Part shown: in pieces, positions 33,963 to 45,977 of the stretch
Layout of the letters: each line of letters begins with the position of its first letter
Position numbering within the stretch: the stretch's first letter is position 1
NCBI GenBank assembly: GCA_014905635.1
Contig: JABVCE010000016.1
Location: 124,001 to 188,000 of the forward strand
Origin: Scenedesmus sp. PABB004
Lineage: Eukaryota
Direction: 5' to 3'
Length of the DNA stretch: 64,000 nucleotides
Position numbers and translations under genes: made by a program
Notes under the pieces: generated by a model
The model's database searches: none
Seen by the model: only the letters and a program-made list of their open reading frames with translations
What the model was told of the DNA's origin: nothing

Positions 33963-36391
33963 TCAGCGGCGCGGCGCGGTGCCGTGCTCGCGCATCACCG
34001 GCAGCACCGCGTCCTTGGCCGCGAGCGCCGCCGCCGCCGCGGCGACGGCGTCGGGTGGCGCGCCGCGGGCGCTGAGCCACCCGCCCGCGCGCAGGCGCGG
34101 CGCGGGCGGCGGGCGTAGATCGCGAGCGCGCCCGCGTCGCGCGCCGCGACGGCGGCGCTGGCCGAGGGGAACTGGCCGAGGTAGAGGTAGCGGAACGGCG
34201 GCGTGGCCAGGAAGGCCTCAAACGCGGCGCCGCCCTTGCGCGCGCGCACGCCTGCGACCGGGCGGCGCGCGGCGGCGCAGCGGGGCGGCGCGAGAGGAAG
34301 CGGCGGGGTCGGAGGGCAGGGATGGGGGGCGCCGTGGTCCCTCGGCAAGGGGAGGAGAGAGGGGCCGCGGGGAGCGGGGCGCGCGGCGCGCGCACCCATG
34401 TGGCCGGTGGGGTTTTGCGCGTGCGACACGCAGCCCGTGCCGCGCCGCTTGGCCGGCGGCGGCGCGGGCGCCGCGGCGCCGGGCGCGGCGGCGCCGGACG
34501 CCTTGTGCTTGGTGCCGCGGCCGCCCGCCGGCTGCGCGCTCCTGCGCGCCGCCCCGCCCGACGCGAGCTCCGCCAGCGTCACCGCGGCCGCCTCGGCGGC
34601 CGCCGCGGCCGCCTCGGCTGCCGCCTCGGCCTTGACGGGGCAGCACCGCGAGCAGCCGCGCGGCCTGAAGCGGCAACGCGAGCAGCCAAAGCTGGCCTCC
34701 TCCTCCTCCGCGGCCGGCTCGGGCTGCTGCGCCGGCGGCGCCGCGACCGCCATCGCCACCTGCTCCTGGTCCTGCACGAGCTCCGCCTCGCCTGCCGCTG
34801 CCGCCGCCGCCGCGGCCGCCGCGGCCGCCTGCTGCCGGCCGCGCTTGGCCCGTGCCTTCCAGCCCGCCTTCCAGCCGGCGCGGGGCCCGCCCGACGGCGC
34901 GGCCGCGGCTGCGGCCGCTGCCGCGCCGCTGTCGGCGGCCGCGCCGCTCGCGCGGCGCTTGGGCGGCGGCGCCGCGCCGCCGACGGAGCCGGCGCGGGCG
35001 CCGCCGCCTGGCGCGGCCGGCGGGAAGGGCAGGTGCGCGTCGCCGTCGGGCCGGTCGCGCGCCGCGCCGGCCTGCTCGGCCGCCGCGGGCTGGCCGCCAT
35101 GACCACGAGGCTCGCCGCCGCGTGCAGCGCGTCGTCCGCGCCGGCCTCGGCCTTGGCGGCCGCGCCGCTGGCGGCCTCGGGCTTGGTGGCGGCCTCGGCC
35201 GCGCCCCCGGGCGCGGCGCGCTGCGCGGCGCGGCCGCGCGCCCCGCGCCGCGCCGCGCCGCGCGGCGCCGCCACCGCCGGCGCCGGCGCGGGCATGCCCG
35301 CGGTCAGCGCGGCGCGCGTCGCCGCGACCTCGGGGCGCGCCATACGCGGCCGCGTGGAAGTTGAGCGCCGGCTGCAGCATCGCTGCCGCGGCCGCGAGCG
35401 CCTCCGCCGCACCGTCGCCGCCGCCGTCGTCGTCTTCGCACCAGAGCGCGGGGGTCGCCAGGTCGTGCGCGCGCGCCGCGCCGGCGGCGTCGGTGAAGCC
35501 GCCGAGCGCCACCGCCGCGCCGCCGGGCGCCGTCACGCTCGCCCCAAACAGGCCGGTGCCGGCGTCGCGCGTCACCCCCTTGAACGGGCCCGCCGGCGCG
35601 GCCGGCTCCTGCTCCGCCGGCGCCAGCGCTGACGGGGCGGGCGCTCCCACGGCCGCCGGCGGCCGCGGCGCGGCGGGCGCCGGCTCGGCGTCCGCCGGCG
35701 CAAGCATACCGACGCGGCCCCCGCCGCTGCTGCCGCTCGCGCGCTGCTCGGCTGCGCCGGCGCACCCGCCGCCGGCGTCGCTGGCGGTGGGCGTCGCGGG
35801 CGCGTCCGGCACCGCCACAGGCGCCGGCGCCGGCGGCGTGCGCCGCGCGGGCTCGGCGGGCGCCGGCGGCGCAGCGGCGGCGCGGCGTCGCCCGCGGGCG
35901 CGCGGAACACGGCGCCGCCGGCGAGGCTGACGACCTCCAGGGGCGCCCAGAAGGCGAGCACGTCGCCGCCAGGCAGCGTGACCTCCACCAGCGCCTGGCG
36001 CGGCGTCGTCTCGAGCGCGACAGCGGGCGCGGCGCGCGTGGCGCGCGGCCGCGCCGCCGCGCCCGGCGCAGGCGGGAGCAGCGCCAGCAGGTCCAGGCCC
36101 GGGGCCGGCCGGTGCGCCCCGTCGAGCGGCGGCGCCTGCGGCGCAGCCAGCGCGCAGCGGCGGGCGCAGCGCGCAGCGCGCAGCGGCGGCCGCGGGCGGC
36201 GTGCGTGCGGCGTGCCGCGCAGGGACGGCGCCCGGCGCGGGCAGGGCGCCAATCTGGGCACGCCCCGGCCGCGCGCGGGCTGCGGGCGTGCTCGCGCGCG
36301 ACGCAGCGCGCGCGAGCTCGCGCGGCCCGCCCCGGCGCGCGCCCCCGGCACCGCGATCGCGGCGCGGGCTCACCGCGTCGACCTCCGCCAT
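33963..36391 (-). CDS. Protein with two AP2-like domains and a CxxC-x4-GCxxC motif; apparent 1-bp frameshift at about 34114
   Basis: FKGVTRDAGTGLFGAS..LGGFTDAAGAARAHDLA..LNF; GVRARKGGAAFEAF..YLYLGQFPSASAAVAARDAGALAIY; FGCSRCRFRPRGCSRCC. Confidence 0.7.
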
Positions 36392-36755
36392 TGCAAGCGC
36401 GCCGCAGCCGCGCCTCGCAGCGACCGCGCGCTCAAAAGTCGGGTCGGCAGGCGCGGGCGCCGGGCAGCCTCGAGCGCGGCTTGCGCGCTCCGCTCGCGTG
36501 CGCGTGAGCGCGTGCGAGTGGATCCCCGGCCGCTCGAGCTCCGCGTTACGGCGCGGCGCCGCGCTGCGCCCTGCGCCGCCGCCCGGCCGGCGCTGCCGCG
36601 CCGCCGGCAATACCCCTCGCCACCCGGCAGTTCGTGGTGCGCGCCGCTGCGGGTGACCGCGCGCCGCCGCGCCGCGCGCCGGCTGCCGCTGCAGCCGCGC
36701 GCGCCGCGCGCCGCGCGCCGCGCGCCGCGCCGCGCTGCGTCCGCTGCCGCTGCCG

Positions 36756-36948
36756 TCACATGAACGCGACGACCGCGAGCACGACCAGCACGACCATGAG
36801 GAACACGATGAGCCCCAGCTGCGTGGTGGTGCCGCTCTTCCTGATCACGTCCATGATCTGCGGCATGCGCGGCGCGGCGCGCCGCGCTCGCAGGACGGCG
36901 CGCGCGCGCGCGCGGCCGCTCGCGGGACGGCGCGAGCTCCCTACCCCG

Positions 36949-36994
<46 letters not shown>

Positions 36995-38292
36995 CGCGCG
37001 CCGCCGCGGCCCGCCGCGCCTTTTTCTGCGTCGCGCGCAGCCGGCTGTGCGTGGTGTCGACGTCCTCCTCCAGCTCGTCCAGCATGGCGCCCTGCGCGCG
37101 CACGGCAGCGGGGCCACGTCAGCGGCGGCAGCCGGCGCCCCGCGGCCGCCCGCGGCTGCCGCCCGCGGCGGCTCTCCGGCGCCGCCGCCGCGCCGCCGTG
37201 CCGCCGCGCCGCGCGCACCTGGCTGGCCAGCTCCTCGTGTATGGTCAGCCCCACGCGCCCCAGCCGGCTGACCGCGGCCTCGATGTCCTCAAGGTGCGCG
37301 TCCTGCTGCCTGCGGCGCAGGCAGGCGGGCGGGCGCAGGCGTCGGCGGCGCGGCGCCGCGCGCGGCCGCGCCCGCTGTGCCGGCCCCCGCGCCCCGTCCC
37401 CAGCTGCCCGCGCTCGGGTCGGCTCGCGCCTCACTTCAGCATCATCTGCTGCGTGTGGCCCTCATCGCCGATGAAGGCTTCGTTGGCCTTGTGCAGCTTG
37501 GCCTCCGCCGCGTTGACCGGCGCCGACGTCGCGGTCTTGATCGTGTCCAGCAGCCCCTCGACCTGCGCACGGCCGCCCGGCCAAGGCCCGCGGGGTCGTG
37601 CGCGGGGCGCGGAGCAGCCCGCAGCGGCGCCGGCCCGCCCGCCCGCCGGCCGGCGCCGCCACCGGCTGCGAGCCCCGCGGCTGCTGCGCCAAGCTGCGCA
37701 GGCCAGCCGTGGGCGCCGCGAGGCCCGCGCCGCACCTGCCGCCGCGTCGTGCTGATCCACTTTCGCCGGCTGGCGATCTCCTCGGGCGTGAGCCCGAAGC
37801 GCTGCGGCTGCTCGGCTGCCCGGTCGAGCGCGCTGTCGAGCTCGTTGACCTGCGGCGCCGCCGCGCCGGCGGCCCGTGCTGCTGAGCACGGCGGCGGCGG
37901 CGGCGCAGGGGCCCTGCTGCCGCAGGCGGCTGCGGCGGCGCGGGGGCCCCGCTGCCCTTAGGCGGCTGCGGCCCGCGCCCGGCGCCGCAGCAGCTGCAGC
38001 CCGCACCTGCCACTTGAGCGACTGGCAGCCGTCCGTGACGTGCGCGGCGATGGTTTTGCGCTCCGGGTTGGCCGCCGTGAGGCCGTGGAAGCGGGACATG
38101 CGCGACTGCAGCTCGTTCACCTGCGGCGCGCCGCCGCAGCAGCGGCGGCGCCGCGCGCCTCGGCGCCACGCGCGGCGCGGGGCCCGCCTGGCGCCGCGCC
38201 GCCGCCCGGCGTCGCAGGGCGGTCTCCCGCACCGACTCCTGTATCTCCTGGCGCACTATGTAGAACGGGTCCTGCGCCAGCCCGCTCGCCAT
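36756..38292 (-). CDS. SYP61: Syntaxin-6/SYP61-like Qc-SNARE
   Basis: DPFYIVRQEIQ, SLKWQ|VNELD, PQRFGLTPEEIASRRKWI, QQDAHLEDI..VGLTIHEEL..QGAMLDEL, C-terminal transmembrane segment. Confidence 0.92.
36949..36993. repeat. Poly-C homopolymer (45 nt) in a syntaxin intron
   Basis: Read directly; a 20-nt poly-G lies in a GDPD intron at 29841-29860. Confidence 0.9.
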
Positions 38293-38935
38293 GCTGCGCG
38301 CAGCCCCCGCGGGCGCGGCGAGCGGCCTGGCGCCCGGCGCGGGCCGTCTCCAGCGGCCCCCGACCCGCGGGCGAGGTCCACGCCTGCCGCGGGGGCGCGT
38401 TGCGTTGCGCTGGGCGGCGCGGCAGTAGCTGCTGTGCCGGGAAGCTGCCCTGCGTGGGCCGTGTCGGCTGGTGAGCGGCTGGTGAGCGGCCGGCGGTGTG
38501 GCGGTCGGCGCTGAGGAGACGCCGCGTTGGACTTGCGCGCTACGGGCGGCGGCGCCCGCTCGGTCGCCGCTCGTGGCCGCGCTTGCGGGCGGCGGCGCTG
38601 CAGCCCGTCTGGGCGGGGCCGGCGACCACCTCGTCGGGAGCAGCCGCAGCAGCCGCCGCCTGGCTGCCCGGACCGCGCCGCCGCGCGCGCCGCCGCGGAC
38701 CGGGTGACGCGACAACGGCGCGCGCAGCCCGCGCAGCGCCGGTGACGACGCCCACCCGCGGCGCCGCGCCGCCTCTGAGGTTTTTTCGATCCCCGCGTCC
38801 CGTCCAGGCGCCGCGTGCGACTCCCGCTGCCTGTTGCGAGCACAACAACTCGTGCGGCCCGCGCGGCGCGGCAGCGGCTCCGCCCGCAGCTCACGCCCAT
38901 GACTGCTTGAGAGCTACCTGGACACGGACGTACGC

Positions 38936-40400
38936 ATGGCCCGGCCCGGCAGCGCCCCGGCGCCGCAGGGCGCGGGCCGGCAGCTTGCGATGCGCGAAAA
39001 ATGGAGCGCGGAGCAGCTCATGGCCGGCTGGAAGGTCGAGACGTGCCCCCGGGTGCGCGCACGTCGCTGGCACCAGCCGGCCCGGGGCAGGCCCCGCGAC
39101 CGGGGCCGCGCGACCGGGCCTCATCCTGCCTCGGGCGGGTGGGGCGGTCAGGGCGCGCCGCCCGCGCTCGATCGATCCCGCTCAGCTCGCAGCAAGCGCG
39201 CGAACGACAGCACGCACGAGCTGCGGCGGCGCACGGCGGCGCGCGGCGGCTGCGGCAGCAGCGCCGTAACCCCGGGCGTTTGCGCAAATGCTGACCGTGC
39301 CCCCGCCGCGCCGCTCGCCGCGCCCCGCAGCGCGGCTCGCACGACTGGCAGGCCTGCTTCTACTGCCACCCCAACGAGAAGGTGCGCCGGCGCTCACCGA
39401 GCACGCACGCCTACGCCGCGGCGCTCTGCCCGGATCAGCTGTCGCGCGGCACGTGCCCCGCGGGCGACGCCTGCCGCATGTCGCACTCCATCTTCGAGTA
39501 CTGGTGCGCGGGGCTGGGGGCAGGGGGGCTGGCGGCAGGGGCGCGCCGGCTGCTGGAGCACCACTCCCCGCCACCCCCCGCCGCAGGCTGCACCCCGACA
39601 AGTTCCGCACCCAGGTCTGCGTGGACGGGCAGCGCTGCAAGCGCTGCGTGTGCTTCTTCGCCCACGGCCCCGACGAGCTGCGCCTGCCGTCGTACAAGGC
39701 CGCCGCCGAAGCGGACGCGCAGCTGGAGCGCGCCGCCGCCGCCCTGCAGGGCCAGCTCGCACACGTGCCGGCGCTCGCGTGCGGCGACGGCGGCGGCGGC
39801 AGCAGCGCGAGCAGCTGCACCTCAGCGGTCGACGCCGGCTCGCCGTCGCGCGCGGCGGGCGCGCCCGCCGCGCTGCTGGGCCCGCCGCCGGCGGCGGCGC
39901 ACCACGGCGCCGCGCTGGCGATGGCGAGCGGCCTGGCGCCGCCGCCGCTGCCGGCGCAGCAGCTGCTCGGCCTGCAGCCCGCGCCCTGGCCCGCCGCCCT
40001 CAGCGCGGGCGTCGGCCAGGCTGGGCAGCCGCAGCCTGCCCAATGGGCGTTCCAGCAGGCCTGGCAGGCCGAGTCTGACGCCGCGGCGCTGCTCGCGGCG
40101 CTGGCAGCCGTGGGGCTCGGCAGCGACGGTGGCGGCAGCGCGGCAGCGACCGCCGGCGCCGCGCCGCACTTTGACGCCCACCACGGGCCGCTGGGCGGAG
40201 GCCCCGGCTGGGGCGCCGCGTGCGCAGGCGGCGTCCACCCGCTGCACCTGGCGCACGCGAGCCTCGCGCTGCACCAGCCCCCGGCGAGCCTCAGCGCCGC
40301 CGCCGGCTGGGCGGGCGGTAGCGGGGGCATGGGCGGCCCGGTGCTGCAGGGCGGCGATCAGGTGGGCCTGCATGCTTATTCGGGCTTCATGCTCTCTTGA
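38936..40400 (+). CDS. Tandem CCCH zinc-finger protein (plant RR-TZF/unkempt-like)
   Basis: WKVETCPR|..[67 protein letters not shown]. Confidence 0.92.
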
Positions 40401-41172
40401 GGCCGCTGCTCAAAACCGAGCTTGGGTGGGAGCGCATAGCAGCACACGCATAACACTCTCAACACGTGAGGTTAACGCAATGAACCGCGGCGGGCCAACT
40501 GTCCTCAGGAACTGCAGACGTAGTTCTTCAACGCCCGCACGGATCGGCGGGGGGTGGGGGGCAGCACCTGCCGCGCCTGGGATGCTTGGTTTTCGTTTTT
40601 TTGCTTTGCTTGCTTGCTTTGTGCCTCGCGATGAAGGCAGGCGGGCGGGCGCTGCTGTGGCGCTGCTATTGGCCGCGCTGCTATTGGCCGTCCGATTGTC
40701 GAAACGCTGGCCTGTGAGCCGAACCGTTGGCAAGCTCTGTGCCGCTCGCTCGCTCGCGCGGGCGGCTCGGTGTGAGCAGCGGCGAGCACGCGTCTGTGCC
40801 GAGCCTGCAGCCGCTGCAGTGCTGCGGCGCATGCATGCATGCGCACATGTTGACCAGTTTTTTTATGGGCGCACGCCCAATCTTGATAGTCTTGCCGCAC
40901 TCACGCGCAGCGGACGTTTCGGAGCTTTCTGATGTAAGGCGCACTGTGCTGTGCGACGGGCTTCGCATGTGCTGGCGGTGCCAGCGGCAGCACTGCCGCG
41001 CGTTGATCGTGACCATCAACCAACCAACCGCGTTCGTTTGTGGCGGCGGCGGGCATTGGTGGCGGCGGCGTTCGTCCATCGATCGATCAATGGCGGCGAG
41101 CGATCGGTGCGTCACGCGTTGCATTGGTGTGACCGTGCATACCTTCCGGGCGCCAGGCGCCCCGCGCGGCGC

Positions 41173-41334
41173 TCACCACGCAGCGCTGCGGCTGCGGCCG
41201 CGCGGCGCGTCGCCGCCGCCCTCGCCGCCGCGTCCCCAGTCCTCGCGCGGGCCCGGGCCAGGGCCGTCGCGGCCGGCGCTGCGCCCGCGGAAGCCGCCGC
41301 CGCGGTCGCCGCCGCCGCCGCCGCCCCAGCGCTC

Positions 41335-41378
<44 letters not shown>

Positions 41379-44348
41379 GCCGCCGCCGCCGCGCCCGCCG
41401 CCGCCGCCCCAGCCCCTGCCGCCGCCGCGCCCGCCGCGCCCGCCGCCGCCGCCGGTGCCGAAGCGCGTCTTGCTCGCCGCGGGGCGGCGCACGCGCGCCG
41501 CGACGGCCTCGAGCTCCGCCGGCACGTCCTGCCCCGCGCCGCGCATGATGTCCACCAGCACCGGCGTCACGCCCGCGTCGGCGGGCGTGAGCAGCGTGAG
41601 CGCCTCGCCCTTGCGCCCCGCGCGGCCGGTGCGGCCGATGCGGTGGACGTACATGTCGTGGTCGCTGGGGAAGTCGTAGTTGACCACCGCGGTCACGCCG
41701 GGGATGTCGAGCCCGCGCGCCGCGACGTCGGTCGCCACCAGCACGGGCACGCCGCCGCCGCGGAACACGCGCAGCGCGGCGTCGCGCTCCGACTGGCTCT
41801 TGTCGCCGTGCACCGCGACCGCGCGCACGCCGGCGCGGCCGAGCTCGCGCGTGAGGGAGTCGCACTCGCGCTTGGTGCCCGCAAACACGACGACGCGCGG
41901 CCGCGGGTGCGCGTCGTCCTCGCCCGGCCACGCGCCGTCCGGCGCGCCGCCGCGGCCGCGGTCGCGGCGCTCGGCGCCGCGCCGGCCGCCCGCGGCAGCG
42001 CCCGGCGGCGGCGGCGGCGGCGCCGCTGACCCCACGCGCTCCTCGCCGTGCAGGTGCTCGTGCAGGTAATCCTGCGGGGCGGGGAGGGGCGAGCGAGCGG
42101 TGAGCGAGGGGCGGAGGAACGAGGGGCGGGGCCGCGCCCGGCGGGCGGAGGAGCGCGCACGCGCGTGCGGCGCCCCGGCTCCAGCCGCAGCGGCGCGGCG
42201 CGGCGCGGCGGCGGCGGCGCGCCTGCAGCGCTGGCAGCCGGTCCTCCGGACCGCCGAGCATCGCGACCAGCTGCGTGACGTCGCGGTTGGCGACCAGCTT
42301 CTCCTGCGGGGGGCGGCGCGCGCGCGTGCGTGAGCGCCCGCGGCGGCGCGTGCGTGCAGGGGCTCGCGCGGCGCGCCTGGCGGCGTGCGGCGCCCCGCGC
42401 CCCCAGGGTAGCGCAGCGCGGCGCGGCGCGGGCACCTGCACGTTGCCGACAAACACGCGCACGGGGTCGTTGCGGCAGAGCGCGCGCGCGATGCTCTGCA
42501 CCTCCTTGGGCCACGTCGCGCTGAAGAAGAGCGTCTGCCGCGGCGGCGGCGCCAGCGCGCCCGGCGGCAGCGCCGCGCACTGCGGCCCGCCTGCGACCGG
42601 CGGCGGCGGCGGCGAGGGTGGGCGGGGGCCGGGCCGGGCGGGCGGCCACGGGCCCCGGTGTGGGGCACCGCGCGCCCAGGCGCCGGCCGTGCCCTAACCC
42701 TGAACCCACCGGGCATGTACGACAGCAGCTCCCTAATCTGGGGCTCAAACCCCATGTCCAGCATGCGGTCCGCCTCATCCAGCACCAGCATCGACACCTG
42801 CCGACCGGCCGCGGGCGGAGCGGGAGGGCGTCGGCCAGGCCGCGCCGGCGCCGCTTGCGCACGCCGGCGCTGCTGCGCGCCGCCGCCCCGCCGCCCCCGC
42901 GCGCGGCGCGGCGCGGCGCGGCGCGGCGCACCCGGCTGACGTCGAGCTCGCCGGAGCTCACAAAGTCGAGCAGCCGCCCCGGCGTGGCGATGACGAGCTG
43001 CGGGCCCCGCGAGAGCGCGCGGCTCTGCGGCCCGCGCGGCGCGCCGCCGTAGAGGCAGCTGCGGCGGCGGGCGTCGGCGGCGTCGGCGGGCGTCGGCGGG
43101 CGCGGCCGGGGCCGCGGGCGCGCCGCGGCGCGCGTGCCCGCGGCGCGCGGGGGCTCACGCGTTGCGGATGCGGCAGGCCGTGCCGAGGCGGTCAGCCTCG
43201 TGCTGGATCTGCTGCGCCAGCTCCCGCGTCGGCGCGAGCAGCAGCGCGAGCGGCGGCGACCCGCCGCCGCCCGCGCCCCAGCTCGACAGCCGGTTCCAGC
43301 GCGACCAGCCGCGCGCCGCGCCGGCGCCGCCGCCGCCGCGCGGCGCCGGGGCGGGCGGCGCCTCGCCGCGCTGCGCCGCGGCCGCCGCGGCCGCCGCCTC
43401 CTGCGCCTGGATGTGGAGGAACGCGGGCATCAGGAAGCCGGCGGTCTTGCCGGAGCCGGTCGACGCGATGGCCACGAGGTCGCGGCCCTGCCGCGCGATC
43501 GGCCACGCCTGCGCCTGGATGAACGTCGGCGCGGTGAAGCCGTGCCGCGCCAGCTGGTGGACGTGCCGCGGCGGCGGCGGCGCGGCGGCGGCGGCGCGGC
43601 GGCGGCGGCGCGGCGGCGGCGGCGACGTGAGGCGTGCGGCGGCGGTAGCGCGGCGTGCGGCGCGGCGGCGTGCGGCGGCGTGCGGTGCAGGGCGCGCACC
43701 GCGCTCAGCATCTGCGGCGGCAGGTCGGCCTGCTCGAACGTCTGCGCCGGCGGCGGCGCGTCCTTGGCGTCCACAAACATCTGGAACTTGCGCCTGCGAT
43801 TGTGACACGGGGCGGGCCGGGCGCGTGGTCGCGTGGGGCGGCAGGCCCGGTGCGCCCGTTTGCTGCGAGCTGCGGGCGCCGGCGCCAGCGGTGGCCGGCC
43901 GCTGCCAGCTGCGCGCACCTGTAGTCGGCGGCGCTCAGCAGCGCCGCCGGCGCCGGCGCGTCCGCGTCGCTGTCGCACTCGCTGCTGCCGCCCACGTCCT
44001 CCAGCGCCGCGCTCGCCGCGGGCATGCCGGCCAGCCCGCGGGCGTGCGGCAGCGCGAGCGCCGCCGCCAGCGCTGGCCGCGCTGCCGCGGTCGCTGCCGC
44101 CGCGCGCGCCGCCGCCAGCGCCGCCGGCAGGGCGACCTCCAGGCCTGCCAGGGCGCCGCCGAGGGAGCCTGCGGGCGCGGCGCGTGGGCGGGCCGCCGTC
44201 GCCGCCGGCGGCGCAGCGCCGCCGGCGCGCCGCCGGCCCATGCGCGCGCGCTGGCAGCGCGCGGCGGCGTCCTACCTGCTGAGAGGAGGCCCACGGCGCC
44301 GCCGCGACGCGCAGCGCGCGCCGCGGCGCGCGCCAGGCGCAGCGCCAT
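41173..44348 (-). CDS. DEAD-box RNA helicase (DDX5/DBP2-like) with presequence-like N-terminus and RGG tail; apparent frameshift at about 41379
   Basis: [72 protein letters not shown]. Confidence 0.95.
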
Positions 44349-44737
44349 GCTCGCCGGTGTGCGCGGCGGGCGGCGCGGCGCTGGCGAGGGCCTGAGCTGT
44401 GCGGGCGGTCGAGAGTGAGGGCGTGGAATCGTGGCCCTGGCCAGGGGCCCCCGGAGCGAGGGCGGTTCAGGCACTGTGGCACTTGGGCTTCTGTCTCGCT
44501 CCGCAGGCGTTGCACGCGCCGCCCGGCCGCGCAGACACTGCCCTTGGCTCATAGACACCAGCGCGTCACAGCCACCAGGCGCCGCCGCGTGCCGCCGTTG
44601 CCGCCGCTGCGCTCGCTGCGCGCCGCCGCCGCTCCGCCCGCACCGATCGCCGGCCGGCGGGCGGCTGCCGCTGCTGCCCCAGCGGCGGGCCCAGGCTGGG
44701 CGCCGGCGACGGTCCCGGCGGCGCGGCGGCGCCGGGC

Positions 44738-45704
44738 ATGGCCGCGCCGGCGGGCGCCGCCGCGGGCAGCGGCGGCGCCGCGGGGGGCCTGGCCGCGCGC
44801 TTCTCGCGCTTTGCCGCGACCGCGCCGCGCATCGTGCTCGGCACCGCGAGCGCGTCGCGGCGGTCCATCATGGATGGCCTGGCCGCGGAGCACGGCTTCA
44901 CCTACGAGGTGGTCAAGCCGGACATTGACGAAAAGGCGCGGCTGCCGCCGCGGGTGCCGGCGCCGCTGGGGGCGGCCGCTGCGCGTGGCACGGCCGCGCG
45001 CGCAGGAGGGCGGCCGCCGCACAGAGCGGAGCCCCGACGCCGCCGCACCGCGCCGCGCCGCGCCAGGCCATCCGGCGCGACGAGCCGCGCGAGCTCGTGC
45101 TCGCGCTCGCGCACGCCAAGGCCGACGCGGTGCTGGAGATGCTGCGACGGCAGGCGCCGCCTGGTGGTGACTGTGGCGACGGCTACCTGATCACGTGCGA
45201 CCAGGTCGTGCTGCACGAGGGCGCCGTGCGCGAGAAGCCGGCGGACGTGGCCGAGGCGCACAGGCGCGTGTTTGTGTGCTGCCGCCGGCGCGCGCTCCCG
45301 TCGCGGAGCGGCCGCCGACAGCGGCGCTCGCACACGCAGCGGCCTCACAAGAAACACGCACGCACACCAGCGGCACCGTGGCGCCCGCCCGCCGCCGCAG
45401 GTTCATCCACAGCTACGCGGCGTCGCCCGCGCAGACGGTCGGCGGCGTCGTCGCGACGCGCCTGCGCACCGGAAAACGGGTCGAGGCGGTGGAGGTGTGC
45501 GCGATCCACATGACCGACATGCCGGATGACGTCATCGACGCCCTGATCGCCGAGGGCGACGTCATGTGGTGCGCGGGCGGGCTCATGGTCGAGCACCCGG
45601 CCGTCGTGCCGTACGTCACCCGCATCGAGGGCACCCAGGACGCGGTGATGGGCCTCGGGCGCGACACCGTGATGGCGCTGCTGCTTGACGCGGCGGGCAT
45701 GTGA
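44738..45704 (+). CDS. Maf-family nucleoside-triphosphate pyrophosphatase
   Basis: IVLGTASASRR, PDIDEK, LALAHAKA, LITCDQVV..REKP, CAGGLMVE, IEGTQDAVMGL; TGTAA at 45844-45848. Confidence 0.93.
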
Positions 45705-45977
45705 GCAGCGCGACGATGGGCCGGCCGCGCGCGGCGGCCACGCAGCGCGGCGGCGGTGCGCGCTCACGTGTGCGGCGAGCGCCAAAACCGCGCGCGGCTG
45801 TGCCCTGAACCGCCCGCGGCCCTGTGGCCGGAGGGTCAGAGAATGTAACGCTCTGCTGCGAGCGGCGAGGGGCGTGTCGCCGGGCGCGGGCAGCTGCTGG
45901 CGCGCGACCGGCGGCAGCAGCGCAGCGGCGATGCGGTGGCGCGCCCCCTGACCCCTGCCGCGCCCATACAAGCAGCC

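Noticed and set aside
40400..41110. ORFs and an 18-bp palindrome (40827-40844) in a lower-GC stretch
   Set aside because: Lies between convergent stop codons with TGTAA at 40933, so best read as 3' UTRs; the palindrome is a simple ATGC repeat
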